DNA of 63,812 bases, filler included, from Octopus bimaculoides (Eukaryota), in assembly GCF_001194135.2 (NCBI RefSeq). It is 8 parts of 7 records of this genome, joined end to end, with 100 filler letters (N's around TTAATTAATTAA, not from the genome) between each part and the next. Parts side by side here need not be neighbours in the genome. Positions count along the whole stretch, not along the records: positions 1 to 17,711 come from NC_069000.1; 7 more parts are not named here. One strand, written 5' to 3'. Both the position numbers and the translations under genes were made by a program. This document shows positions 1-12,230 of the stretch, piece after piece. The notes beneath the pieces are model-generated. The model ran no database searches. It had not been told where the DNA came from and saw only the letters and a list, made by a program, of their open reading frames with translations. Positions within the stretch are counted from its first letter, which is position 1, and every line of letters starts with the position of its first letter.

Positions 1-23
1 GTGTGTGTGTGTGTGTGTGTGTG

Positions 24-263
24 TGGAGGCGCAATGGCCCAGTGGTTAGGGGCAGCGAACTCGCGGTTTCGATTCCTAGACCGTGCGTTGTGAGTGTTTC
101 TTGAGCGAAAACACCTAAGCTACACGAGGCTCCGGCAGGGGATGGTGGCGAACCCTGCTGTACTCTTTCACCCCAACTTTCTCTCACTATTTCTTCCAGT
201 TTCTTGAGTAACGCTGCGATGGACTGGCGTCCCGTCCAGCTGGAGGGAACACATACGCCATAG
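24..263 (+). mobile_element. tRNA-derived SINE, family C (GGAGGCGCAATGGCCCAGTGG head), partial
   Basis: A-box-like head and GGTTTCGATTCC B-box; homologous to the minus-strand copy at 16221-16581. Confidence 0.8.
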
Positions 264-365
264 AAAGTCGACCTCGGCGGAATTTGAACTCAGAACGTAA
301 CGGCAGACGAAATACCGCTAAGCATTATCGCCCGGCGTGCTAACGTTTCTACCAGTTCGTCGCCT
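264..365 (-). mobile_element. tRNA-derived SINE, family A, 5' part
   Basis: Reverse complement of GGCGxCGAxCTGGxAGAA..GTTCTGAGTTCAAATTCCGCCGAGGTCGAC seen in many copies in this window. Confidence 0.85.
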
Positions 366-920
366 TTCACTTGTCATGATATTACGTGTCTTTTGTCATA
401 AGCTGGTATTTGCTGTAGTTAGAGAGTGAATAGTATTTCGACTACATTCTTTCTCTAAATAATAAACTATACTATAGCTTACTAACCGCCGCTGTCAGCA
501 AATTGCTAGCATCTATGCAAAAACACGAAACGAGAAACGAAACGAATACTTTATTATCTCAACAGACAACAATGAAGTCATTATAAATTCTTTGAATGAA
601 AAAGATTTAAAGATTGCAGGAGCATAAAATGGATTAGTGGAACATGATGCTAAATGAATTTTAAAAAATACTGGTTTGGCTGAATGTTTTAGTATTAGTT
701 TGAAATAAAAGCACGAACGCACTCGAAAAGATGTTAAAAGGCATCTATGTCTTTTAAATCTTTGTTGAAAGTCTTGCCTTCGTTCAAGAATAAACAAGCT
801 CAATGTTTGCGATTAGGACAGAAGTTAGTTTTAAAGATATTTTTAGATATTTTTTACTTAATTTTTAATGTTTTTCAGAAACTATAGTTCAGAATTTAAT
901 TTTAGAGGTATTTTCGGCGC

Positions 921-974
<54 letters not shown>

Positions 975-976
<2 letters not shown>

Positions 977-1153
977 TCGTCCGTCTTTACGTTCTCAGTT
1001 CAAAATTCCGCCGAGGACGACTTTGCCTTTATTCCTTTCGGGGTCGATGAATTAAGTACCAGTCAAGTGTTGGGGGAGGGGGTCGATGTAATCGATTATC
1101 CCCCTCTCCACAAATTCCGGGCCTTGTGCCTATAGTAGAAAGGATTATTATTA
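975..1153 (+). mobile_element. SINE family A, 5'-truncated, between (TTA)n runs
   Basis: GTTCAAAATTCCGCCGAGG..TTTCGGGGTCGATGAATTAAGTACCAG core and GGCCTTGTGCCTATAGTAGAAAGGATTATT tail. Confidence 0.85.
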
Positions 1154-1490
1154 TTGAAGACACGCAAGATGTCGAAATATCGTTCACTAGATTACAATGG
1201 CACTATTCTTTTAATTTTGACTCTAGATCTTCAGGAGGAGTTACCTCAATCCTTTCTATATTAACCAAAATGAATTAGATTGACAAATTTATTTTTTGAA
1301 CCAGTTGAGTTAACTCCTGAAGATATAGAGTCAAAATTAACAGAAGAGTGCCATTGTTATCAAGTGAACGATATTTCGACATCTTGTGTATCTTCAACTG
1401 GTTCAAAAAATAAATTTGTCAATCTACTTCATTTTGGTTAATATAGAAAGGATTGGGGTAACTCCTCCTGAAGATATAGAGTCAAAATTA
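1154..1490. repeat. Circularly permuted inverted duplication (A-B-A'-B'-a')
   Basis: 1313-1397 is the reverse complement of 1154-1237; 1394-1490 is the reverse complement of about 1210-1308. Confidence 0.85.
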
Positions 1491-3327
1491 TCGCTTGACC
1501 ATCGTCCCTTGCCCCGTTTGCTGGTTGACCAAGCTGGGGCTTCCGCTTTCTGTGAAGGTGGGGTATTCCACTGGTCTGGCACTCGATCTGCTGTCAACGG
1601 CCGCTGAATGGAGGGCTGGACAGTTCGCTTTTTTTTTTATTTCCATGAACTTCCAACAATCCTATGGTCTTAAAAATAACAGTAGAATTTCCACTGGTAC
1701 TGCTCGCCATATTTAATGATGTATTGAAGTAGAAAACGAAATGGCAAGATCGATACTAAAAATGTAGTGAGCCAAGACAGTTTAATAAATTATACAAGCT
1801 GACTTGAAATTTTAATTGAATTAAGTTTCATTACATTAAGCTTCTCTTAATTAAGTATATTATATTAGCATCGACCTTACCATATTTAATGAAGACCAAT
1901 TTTGGCGACGTTGGCACTTTCGTCCTTTGTATCTATTATCTGTTAGACTTAACGAAAAGGATTAATAAAACCCCTTATCTCTGGTGTCAACAGAAAGGTT
2001 TACTTTAGAGCATTAAACTTTGAACATTTAGCTTATAACATTAACGTTCGGTATTTTTCAAGAAGTCGTACTTTTAGTTTTTGTTTTTTGCTGGGGTTTT
2101 TTTTTTTTTTTTTTCACCTCTACAAAATAAATTTGTTTTGCTTGTTGTAAATATTTTATCTGCCCGTAAATCATTAAACATCACCTCGAGTCATTTCAGA
2201 TACGATTAAACATACCATACTCCCACACGCTCATTCACTCATCCACTCATTCTCTCTCTGTCTCTCTCTNNNNNNNNNNNNNNNNNNNNNNNNNNNNNNN
2301 NNNNNNNNNNNNNNNNNNNNNNNNNNNNNNNNNNNNNNNNNNNNNNNNNNNNNNNNNNNNNNNNNNNNNNNNNNNNNNNNNNNNNNNNNNNNNNNNNNNN
2401 NNNNNNNNNNNNNNNNNNNNNNNNNNNNNNNNNNNNNNNNNNNNNNNNNNNNNNNNNNNNNNNNNNNNNNNNNNNNNNNNNNNNNNNNNNNNNNNNNNNN
2501 NNNNNNNNNNNNNNNNNNNNNNNNNNNNNNNNNNNNNNNNNNNNNNNNNNNNNNNNNNNNNNNNNNNNNNNNNNNNNNNNNNNNNNNNNNNNNNNNNNNN
2601 NNNNNNNNNNNNNNNNNNNNNNNNNNNNNNNNNNNNNNNNNNNNNNNNNNNNNNNNNNNNNNNNNNNNNNNNNNNNNNNNNNNNNNNNNNNNNNNNNNNN
2701 NNNNNNNNNNNNNNNNNNNNNNNNNNNNNNNNNNNNNNNNNNNNNNNNNNNNNNNNNNNNNNNNNNNNNNNNNNNNNNNNNNNNNNNNNNNNNNNNNNNN
2801 NNNNNNNNNNNNNNNNNNNNNNNNNNNNNNNNNNNNNNNNNNNNNNNNNNNNNNNNNNNNNNNNNNNNNNNNNNNNNNNNNNNNNNNNNNNNNNNNNNNN
2901 NNNNNNNNNNNNNNNNNNNNNNNNNNNNNNNNNNNNNNNNNNNNNNNNNNNNNNNNNNNNNNNNNNNNNNNNNNNNNNNNNNNNNNNNNNNNNNNNNNNN
3001 NNNNNNNNNNNNNNNNNNNNNNNNNNNNNNNNNNNNNNNNNNNNNNNNNNNNNNNNNNNNNNNNNNNNNNNNNNNNNNNNNNNNNNNNNNNNNNNNNNNN
3101 NNNNNNNNNNNNNNNNNNNNNNNNNNNNNNNCACCACCACCACCACCACCACCTCCACCACTACCCTCATCGCTTATCACTGCCACCCTTGGAGACCTTA
3201 CATGGTCATCTGACCGGCTAGAAATTGCCGAGGAATTCCCATACCACCACCATTTCGGTAAAGGATCACATTGACTAAAATGTATCTGTAAATTCCCTTG
3301 GATATTGAAAAAAAAAAAAAAAAGACA

Positions 3328-3392
3328 GGATGGTCACGGCTGGAATGCTTTTGATCATAGGTTTGTTCGGACGGTGCTGAGTTTGGGGGATA
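3328..3392 (+). repeat. Short dispersed repeat (GATGGTCAxGGCTGGAATG..CAGGGCTGA); further copies at 4286-4345, 4560-4620, 39501-39563, 45978-46045, 53305-53372
   Basis: Six recognisably similar ~65-bp copies, several followed by (AAC)n-like or (TAC)n tails. Confidence 0.6.
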
Positions 3393-3912
3393 AATAAAAA
3401 AAGAAGGTCATGATCATCACTACCACCAACACAGCCGTTACCATCACCACCACCACCATCATTAACACCACCAACGTCGCCTCCACCACCAACAATAGCA
3501 ACAAAAGCGTCTCCAACCTCATTGACCTTACAAAGCAATGATTTATGTAATGGTTTTACACTATGGGCGGAAGACGAAAGGGGAGGAGGGAAGATGACGA
3601 TCCTTACTCTTAAACTCCACCACCACCACTACCACCACCACCACACCACTACCATCACCATCACCACCTCCTCCTCCTCCAGCCCACGCGCTACCCTCGT
3701 CAGTGCAGAGTCCTTGGAAAGACGATGACGGAATAACGTTATCGATTTTGAAAACTTTTACGTTGCAACCAAAGAAAGGGCGGAAGGGAATGATGATGAG
3801 AAAGAAGAGGAAGAAGAAATTTGGTAGAGTTACGAATAACGATTGACCTTTACTCAAATGACCTCTCCTTTTAGCTAAACGAATGGGCGGGAAGAAAAAT
3901 GGGGATAGATAA

Positions 3913-3993
<81 letters not shown>

Positions 3994-5506
3994 TAGAATG
4001 CGAAGAAGGACCGGACAAGCAGTGCAAATATATCGAGCGGTCAAGTTTTCGTTGCGGTTTCAGATTTAAAAAAAAAAATTGATAAAAAAACAAACATTAC
4101 AAAAAACAAAAAGACTATAACACATGACTAGCCAACACGAGAATCCTTATGTGAGAGCTTGGTCGACTTGCAAGAAATAGCAGCTACATCTCCTACAAAT
4201 TACATGACTTCTGTCTTGGAAAAAGAAAAAAAATCATGTGATAGAATGTGGTACTGGATTGCCTGCATATAGGGGAAAAAAACGTGATGGTCGCAACTGG
4301 AATGCCTTGGGTCGTAATTGTATTCAAACAGGGCTGACCAACAAAAACAACAATAACAAGAGCAATAACAGCATCAACAACGACTACTATTACTACTACT
4401 ACTATTGGAGAGTTTCTGTGTGGTCGCTCGATCTGCTACAAATAGCAGTTGAGTCATTATCAAATCACACTCTGCCATTTTAGAGAAAGAACAATAAGAA
4501 AATTACAAAACAAAACGAAACAAAGCAGAAAAATATGCAAAGTTTGAAGTATGAATGTGACGGTCATGGCTGGAATGTCTTTGATCACAAGTTTTTCTCG
4601 ATCAGGGTTGAACATGGGCAACAACGACAGTAACAACAACAACAACAACAGCAACGATGTACGGGACCAAACACAGGACACATTCCATTGAAAGAATTTT
4701 TAAGGAATCTTAAAGTAAATTCTTAAATATGAAATGGTGGTGGCGGTGGTGGTGNNNNNNNNNNNNNNNNNNNNNNNNNNNNNNNNNNNNNNNNNNNNNN
4801 NNNNNNNNNNNNNNNNNNNNNNNNNNNNNNNNNNNNNNNNNNNNNNNNNNNNNNNNNNNNNNNNNNNNNNNNNNNNNNNNNNNNNNNNNNNNNNNNNNNN
4901 NNNNNNNNNNNNNNNNNNNNNNNNNNNNNNNNNNNNNNNNNNNNNNNNNNNNNNNNNNNNNNNNNNNNNNNNNNNNNNNNNNNNNNNNNNNNNNNNNNNN
5001 NNNNNNNNNNNNNNNNNNNNNNNNNNNNNNNNNNNNNNNNNNNNNNNNNNNNNNNNNNNNNNNNNNNNNNNNNNNNNNNNNNNNNNNNNNNNNNNNNNNN
5101 NNNNNNNNNNNNNNNNNNNNNNNNNNNNNNNNNNNNNNNNNNNNNNNNNNNNNNNNNNNNNNNNNNNNNNNNNNNNNNNNNNNNNNNNNNNNNNNNNNNN
5201 NNNNNNNNNNNNNNNNNNNNNNNNNNNNNNNNNNNNNNNNNNNNNNNNNNNNNNNNNNNNNNNNNNNNNNNNNNNNNNNNNNNNNNNNNNNNNNNNNNNN
5301 NNNNNNNNNNNNNNNNNNNNNNNNNNNNNNNNNNNNNNNNNNNNNNNNNNNNNNNNNNNNNNNNNNNNNNNNNNNNNNNNNNNNNNNNNNNNNNNNNNNN
5401 NNNNNNNNNNNNNNNNNNNNNNNNNNNNNNNNNNNNNNAATAATAAATGAGTATATGCATATATACGTACAGGTATGTGCATACCAACGTCTACCTGTAT
5501 ATATAG

Positions 5507-5643
5507 GTGCATATCTGGGTACAGGACATTGCAAACAAAATGTAGACAAGAAAATAATAATAACCAGAGTACAGAAAACACACAAGCCACATAGAGAACA
5601 TTTTCCTTCATCAGCTACCTCCATTTTAACACCAGCGTTTCGA
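5507..5643 (-). mobile_element. Penelope-like terminal-repeat remnant with hammerhead core words
   Basis: Homologous to 20648-20774; minus strand reads GAAACG..CTGATGAAGG. Confidence 0.45.
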
Positions 5644-5756
5644 TATATATATATATATATAACGTGAGCGCTAGATAAGCTTATATATTTCTCTTTTCTC
5701 TTTTACTTGTTTTCGTCATTATTGAAACCATGCTGGAGCACTGACTTAAGGCTTCT

Positions 5757-5895
5757 TAGTGGTTCCCAACCGGGTCCATATGCACCCCACTGAGGATCCC
5801 TATAAGGTTTTGGGGGTAGGGTTGGGGGTCCACGCAGCAAAATAGTAAACTGGGGATCCACAATAGTATTTTAAGGGTCCCTGCTAAAAATCCTG
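5757..5895 (+). mobile_element. hAT-type MITE left end
   Basis: AGTGGTTCCCAACC resembles hAT/Charlie-type TIRs; the matching right end was not found. Confidence 0.35.
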
Positions 5896-5949
5896 TTTTA
5901 GATGTACGTATTGGTATGTATTGCAACGATGACCATAAAGTCATTTTCG

Positions 5950-6400
5950 TAGAATTAGTGAACTTAGAACTACTTTATCCGACGTGTCCGTCTTTCCTAA
6001 AACAGCCAGGTTATACTCTGAGGAGATTTGTCTGCAATGCATAGCTAGGTCGAGCGGTCTTGTAGATGCTTTGTTATTGACGATATTTCTGAGGATGTTT
6101 AGTTTCAAATCAGCCCTGACCAGACAAATCTATGATCAATGGGGTCCCAGTTGGGAGCAGCTTGTCTTTTAGATTCTTATGGACATTAGTGCAGAGTGGT
6201 TTGATAAAGAAGTTTGCTCTGCAATCACGTGGTTCAAGAAATGCGATCAAACAATCCGGTACTTTTGGCAGTGGTTTTCCCCTGTAACCTCAAGTGGACC
6301 AATGCCTTGTGAGAAGAACATGGGTGACGAAATTCGTGCGGTGAGAGAAGGCCTCATTGTAAAATCTTTATTTGAAACTTCTTTCAGTCATCCGTGTGTA
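5950..6400 (-). pseudogene. Heavily decayed APE endonuclease of an RTE-like LINE
   Basis: Minus frame gives GIGP..KTS..ICLVRADLK..SEYNLAV with several stops; weak resemblance only. Confidence 0.35.
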
Positions 6401-6455
6401 TCATCTACGTCCTACATCGAGGTTTGCTTTTAGAGACAACCTCTGTTCATAAATT

Positions 6456-6605
6456 TGGAAATTACATGCTGTACTGCTTGGTATTCGCAGCGGAAGCTCC
6501 AATACGAACATTTCAGAGTGTTTGGGTGGCAATCTGAGGACAGTGCAGAAGATTCGGAAAGAGCTGGACGCGTCTAATGGAGATTATGAAGGTACGGCAG
6601 CTCGG
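6456..6605 (+). pseudogene. Tc1/mariner (maT-like) transposase N-terminal HTH fragment
   Basis: WKLHAVLLGIRSGSSNTNISECLGGNLRTVQKIRKELDASNGDYEGTAAR. Confidence 0.6.
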
Positions 6606-6683
6606 TTTTCTCAGACGAGAAAAATTTCTGCCAGCATTTCGCCCCGCGTGTGCTAACAATTCTGCTAGCTCGCCACCTTAATG

Positions 6684-6734
<51 letters not shown>

Positions 6735-6744
6735 GTAATAGTAA

Positions 6745-6882
6745 TAGAACAACACTGTACAAATTCAAATATATGGTACCCTAGGCGTAACACCTACATG
6801 AACTCTAACTTGTTGTCTCTTGAGGTCTCTGGGTGAGACTTGGATCCAACTTGTACAAATGCAAAGCAAAAGTCAAACATAA

Positions 6883-6883
<1 letters not shown>
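6745..6883 (+). mobile_element. Non-LTR retrotransposon 3'-UTR remnant (probably R4/Dong-like) within (TAA)n
   Basis: Unique ~140 bp flanked by (TAA)n on both sides, then (GAA)n; family assignment is inference. Confidence 0.45.
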
Positions 6884-6926
<43 letters not shown>

Positions 6927-7812
6927 TGATGATAATGACGACGAAGAAGAAGAAGAAGAAGAAGAAGAAGAAGAAGAAGAAGAAGAAGAAGAAGAAGANN
7001 NNNNNNNNNNNNNNNNNNNNNNNNNNNNNNNNNNNNNNNNNNNNNNNNNNNNNNNNNNNNNNNNNNNNNNNNNNNNNNNNNNNNNNNNNNNNNNNNNNNN
7101 NNNNNNNNNNNNNNNNNNNNNNNNNNNNNNNNNNNNNNNNNNNNNNNNNNNNNNNNNNNNNNNNNNNNNNNNNNNNNNNNNNNNNNNNNNNNNNNNNNNN
7201 NNNNNNNNNNNNNNNNNNNNNNNNNNNNNNNNNNNNNNNNNNNNNNNNNNNNNNNNNNNNNNNNNNNNNNNNNNNNNNNNNNNNNNNNNNNNNNNNNNNN
7301 NNNNNNNNNNNNNNNNNNNNNNNNNNNNNNNNNNNNNNNNNNNNNNNNNNNNNNNNNNNNNNNNNNNNNNNNNNNNNNNNNNNNNNNNNNNNNNNNNNNN
7401 NNNNNNNNNNNNNNNNNNNNNNNNNNNNNNNNNNNNNNNNNNNNNNNNNNNNNNNNNNNNNNNNNNNNNNNNNNNNNNNNNNNNNNNNNNNNNNNNNNNN
7501 NNNNNNNNNNNNNNNNNNNNNNNNNNNNNNNNNNNNNNNNNNNNNNNNNNNNNNNNNNNNNNNNNNNNNNNNNNNNNNNNNNNNNNNNNNNNNNNNNNNN
7601 NNNNNNNNNNNNNNNNNNNNNNNNNNNNNNNNNNNNNNNNNNNNNNNNNNNNNNNNNNNNNNNNNNNNNNNNNNNNNNNNNNNNNNNNNNNNATATATTT
7701 AATTTCTCAAGTTATATTATGTCTGAAAGAAGTATTTAAAGAACTAATTACTTTGAAAGTTATAGTTTGTATCGTAGTCATTATAACTGTTGTTATTACT
7801 ATTATTAGCGTA

Positions 7813-7975
7813 AGACGGCGAGTTAACAGACTCGTTAACGCACCGGACGAAATGCTTACCGGTATTTCGCCCGTCGCTACGTTCTGAGTTCAAATTCCGC
7901 CGAGGTTGACTTTTTCCTTTCGGGATCAACTGGAACCCTCGACGTCTTAAGCGACGGAGTGCAAAAAAAAAACAA
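7813..7975 (+). mobile_element. Chimeric SINE: family A head joined to family C 3' tail
   Basis: 7813-7922 matches family A; 7924-7962 matches the reverse complement of the family C tail at 16231-16270. Confidence 0.75.
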
Positions 7976-7990
7976 CAAAAAAAAAGACTG

Positions 7991-8135
7991 TTTCACTAGT
8001 ACTTAATTTATCAACCCCAAAAGGATGAAAGAAGAAGTCGACCTCAGCGGAATTCGAACTCAGAACGTACCAACAGACGAAATACCGATCAGCATTTCGT
8101 CCGGCGTGCTAACGATTCCGCCAGTACACCTCCCT
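7991..8135 (-). mobile_element. SINE family A
   Basis: GTCGACCTCAGCGGAATTCGAACTCAGAACGT..GGCGTGCTAACGATTC. Confidence 0.85.
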
Positions 8136-8812
8136 TAGCAGACGAGAAAATATCGTTGATATTTCATCAAATGAAAGAACAATCAACAAAAATACCCACA
8201 AGGACCAAATGAGTGGGTTCTCTATAATCTCTTCCTTACAGAAACTAAGCCTATATCTAGTCTAAATAAATCGTTAAATGTTATAATGGGTCCCGCAAGT
8301 ATTGAAATAAGTAAACTCCCAGTTAGCGGAAACCAACCCATAATTTCCGAGTGTAATTTATATCAGGCTACGAAAGGAATAAACGTCACACAATCAAATT
8401 CTTCCTCACCAATAAATCTGGGGACATTGAACCAATGTAAAAATTCTTTAAGTCAGTTAGTAGTAGTAGTAGTAGTAATAGGTGTTGGTTTTGTTGTGGT
8501 TGTTGTTGTTTACAGATTGGTCCCAGCTGAGCATGCCTAAGATGAAAGGCATTCCATTTTTTGAAGAGAGTAGAGCATAATTGCAAGAAGATTTAACTGC
8601 TATTTCTAGCAGATTGAGTAACAGTCGTTGTAGGTCCCTTGGAGGTTCGTGTTTTTATTGTGGTTATTGTTATTGTTTTCTTTTTAGATTTAGTTTTTCC
8701 TTCACCTTTCCTTCTTTATTTTTGTTTTTGTTTTTTGGGGATTGCAAAGATTCCAGGAAAGCAGAGTCCATGAAAGATTTCGTTTTCATGTTGATAGATA
8801 AATCAGAAGGGA

Positions 8813-8888
<76 letters not shown>

Positions 8889-9018
8889 AAAGAAAACGAA
8901 GAGAGTAACAAGGAGAAAAAGATGGAGAGATAATAAAAAGAGAGAATAACTATAAAAAGGGACAGACAGACAGATAGATAGATAGATAGACAGATAGACA
9001 GACAGATAGATAGATAGA

Positions 9019-9393
9019 AGGAGGCGAGCTGGCAGAAACGTTAGCACTCCGGGCGAAATGCTCAGCGGTATTTCGTCTGCCGTTACGTTCTGAGTTCAAA
9101 TTCCGCCGAGGTCGATTTTGCCTTTCATCCTTTCAGGGTCGATAAATTAAGTACCAGTTACACATTGGTGTCGATGTAATCGACTTAATCCCTTTTTCTG
9201 TCCTTGTTTATCCCCTCTACGTTTAGTCCCTTGTGGGCAATGAAGAAATAAACGTTAACACACAGTGCGAAATGCTTAGCGGTATTTCGTCTGCCGTTAC
9301 GTTCTGAGTTCAAATTCCGCCGAGGTCGACTTTGCCTTTCATCCTTTCGGGGTCGATAAAATAAGTACCAGTTGCGTAGTGGGATCGATCTGA
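9019..9393 (+). mobile_element. Two tandem SINE family A copies (9019-9248, 9262-9393)
   Basis: Repeated GAAATGCTxAGCGGTATTTCGTCTGCCGTTACGTTCTGAGTTCAAATTCCGCCGAGGTCGA. Confidence 0.9.
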
Positions 9394-10241
9394 ACGTGAA
9401 GTATATTTACCACTTAAATGTGGCTAACTGCTAAGGGTGGATGCTACTTTTCACTCCTATATAATAGTACCAGCTAATCGTACTTGTCCGTAAAATTGGT
9501 GTCCAATTGTTCAGTCAGCTTTTTTCCTTCTAACTAATCTAGCGTTACAAATTGTCAGTTTATCGTATGCANNNNNNNNNNNNNNNNNNNNNNNNNNNNN
9601 NNNNNNNNNNNNNNNNNNNNNNNNNNNNNNNNNNNNNNNNNNNNNNNNNNNNNNNNNNNNNNNNNNNNNNNNNNNNNNNNNNNNNNNNNNNNNNNNNNNN
9701 NNNNNNNNNNNNNNNNNNNNNNNNNNNNNNNNNNNNNNNNNNNNNNNNNNNNNNNNNNNNNNNNNNNNNNNNNNNNNNNNNNNNNNNNNNNNNNNNNNNN
9801 NNNNNNNNNNNNNNNNNNNNNNNNNNNNNNNNNNNNNNNNNNNNNNNNNNNNNNNNNNNNNNNNNNNNNNNNNNNNNNNNNNNNNNNNNNNNNNNNNNNN
9901 NNNNNNNNNNNNNNNNNNNNNNNNNNNNNNNNNNNNNNNNNNNNNNNNNNNNNNNNNNNNNNNNNNNNNNNNNNNNNNNNNNNNNNNNNNNNNNNNNNNN
10001 NNNNNNNNNNNNNNNNNNNNNNNNNNNNNNNNNNNNNNNNNNNNNNNNNNNNNNNNNNNNNNNNNNNNNNNNNNNNNNNNNNNNNNNNNNNNNNNNNNNN
10101 NNNNNNNNNNNNNNNNNNNNNNNNNNNNNNNNNNNNNNNNNNNNNNNNNNNNNNNNNNNNNNNNNNNNNNNNNNNNNNNNNNNNNNNNNNNNNNNNNNNN
10201 NNNNNNNNNNNNNNNNNNNNNNNNNNNNNNNNNNNNNNNNN

Positions 10242-10285
<44 letters not shown>

Positions 10286-10589
10286 TATCAGTACATTTAT
10301 GCACGTACACACACACATACACACACACATACACACACACTCACACATAACATATGTATATACAAACGTAGACATACGTACACACGCACAAGCGCGTGTA
10401 TACATATTATTAGACAGATGGAATGATAAGACACATATCTATAAAGTGGTGATGATAAATGAAATCACTGATGTGAAACGTTAATCTGGTGATTAAGGTG
10501 GCAAATATGGTAGACCTAGAGATGGTGATCAGTAAATTTATATTTTAAACATACATGAAGACGTACATATCGACATAGATACATGCATA

Positions 10590-10623
<34 letters not shown>

Positions 10624-11273
10624 NNNNNNNNNNNNNNNNNNNNNNNNNNNNNNNNNNNNNNNNNNNNNNNNNNNNNNNNNNNNNNNNNNNNNNNNNNNNN
10701 NNNNNNNNNNNNNNNNNNNNNNNNNNNNNNNNNNNNNNNNNNNNNNNNNNNNNNNNNNNNNNNNNNNNNNNNNNNNNNNNNNNNNNNNNNNNNNNNNNNN
10801 NNNNNNNNNNNNNNNNNNNNNNNNNNNNNNNNNNNNNNNNNNNNNNNNNCCACACTGTTTCACTTACCTTTTCTTCTGAAAAAATATTTATATCTTCAAA
10901 TAAATAAATCACAAAATTTTTCTTCCATCACCCATCAACAGCAGCAGCAGCACCACCACCACCACCACCAACACCACCACTAGCCAGCAAAAACAAGAAC
11001 AAGAACGATTACAAGTTCCCCTCGAGAGAGCGATGGAGTAAGTAGGAGGTGGTGTGGCCTGCTAAAAATAGCAGCCAAATAACTCCCAAAATACACCATA
11101 AAATAATACTTTTTGTAGACATTGGATTATGTCTTCTGTCTGAAAAGGTAGGATGGCCGTGGTTGGAATGACTTAACTTTATTGAACGAATGGTTATAAC
11201 CAATGTAATCGATACGAGTACAACCTGGTCACTTATTTTTGATCAATTTCAGAGGAGTAGATAAGGAAGTAAT

Positions 11274-11458
11274 AGGCGCAGGAGTGGTTGTGTGGTACGA
11301 AGCTTGCTTCCCAATCACACGGTTCCGGGTTCAGTTCTACTGTGTGACATCTTGGACGAGTGTCTTCTACTATAGCCTCGGGCCTACCAAAGCCTTGTGA
11401 ATGGATTTGGTAGATGGAAACTGAAAGCTCGTCGTATATATATATATATAGATATATG

Positions 11459-11497
<39 letters not shown>

Positions 11498-11717
11498 GCG
11501 TGTGTTTGTGTGTCTGTGTTTGTCCCCCCACCAACCCTTGACAACCGATGTTGGTGTGTTTACGTCCTCGTAACCTAGCGATTCGGCAAAAGAGATCCAA
11601 TAGAATAGGTACTAGACTTACAAAAGAATAAGTCCTGGGGTCGATTTATTCGACTAATGGTGGTGCTCCAGCATGGCCGCAGTCAAATGTTTGAAACAAG
11701 TAAAAGAGTAAAAAGAA
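11274..11717 (+). mobile_element. tRNA-derived SINE, family B, full length, with internal (TA)n(TG)n
   Basis: GGCGCAGGAGTGG head, GGTTCCGGGTTCAG B-box, GCTCCAGCATGGCCGCAGTC 3' part and (AAAGAGT) tail; homologous to 37395-37778. Confidence 0.9.
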
Positions 11718-11928
11718 TAGTCTATGATGCAATTCTTTTATTCTGTTATTCCTAATTTACATTCCTGATTTTAATCACTGAAATATAGCCACGATGGAGC
11801 ATCGAATTGAAATGTTTTGGCCGATTACATCGACCTTCAACTTTATCCTCCTCCCATATAACTTCTAATATATTCTTCCATTTGCACTTCTCCCGTTTAA
11901 TTTGCCTACATCAAAACCACAACCTCCC

Positions 11929-11973
<45 letters not shown>

Positions 11974-12146
11974 ATACCTAACTATCTATCTATCTGTCTG
12001 TCTGTCTATCTGTCTGTCTGTCCATCTGCCTATCTGCCTGTCTATCTAGAGTACATTTAAACGCAGAAGAGGTGACCCTAACAGGCCACCTTACATGCTA
12101 GAAGGAACAGTCAAAGTCCCAACCACGGTGTTAAGAGCAATTTCTT

Positions 12147-12230
<84 letters not shown>

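Noticed and set aside
24-100. tRNA-like A/B boxes as tRNA genes
   Set aside because: They are heads of multi-copy SINEs that continue into shared non-tRNA bodies; no complete cloverleaf identified
8286-8540. 84-aa ORF MGPASIEISK..
   Set aside because: No recognisable motif or splice support; ends in a microsatellite
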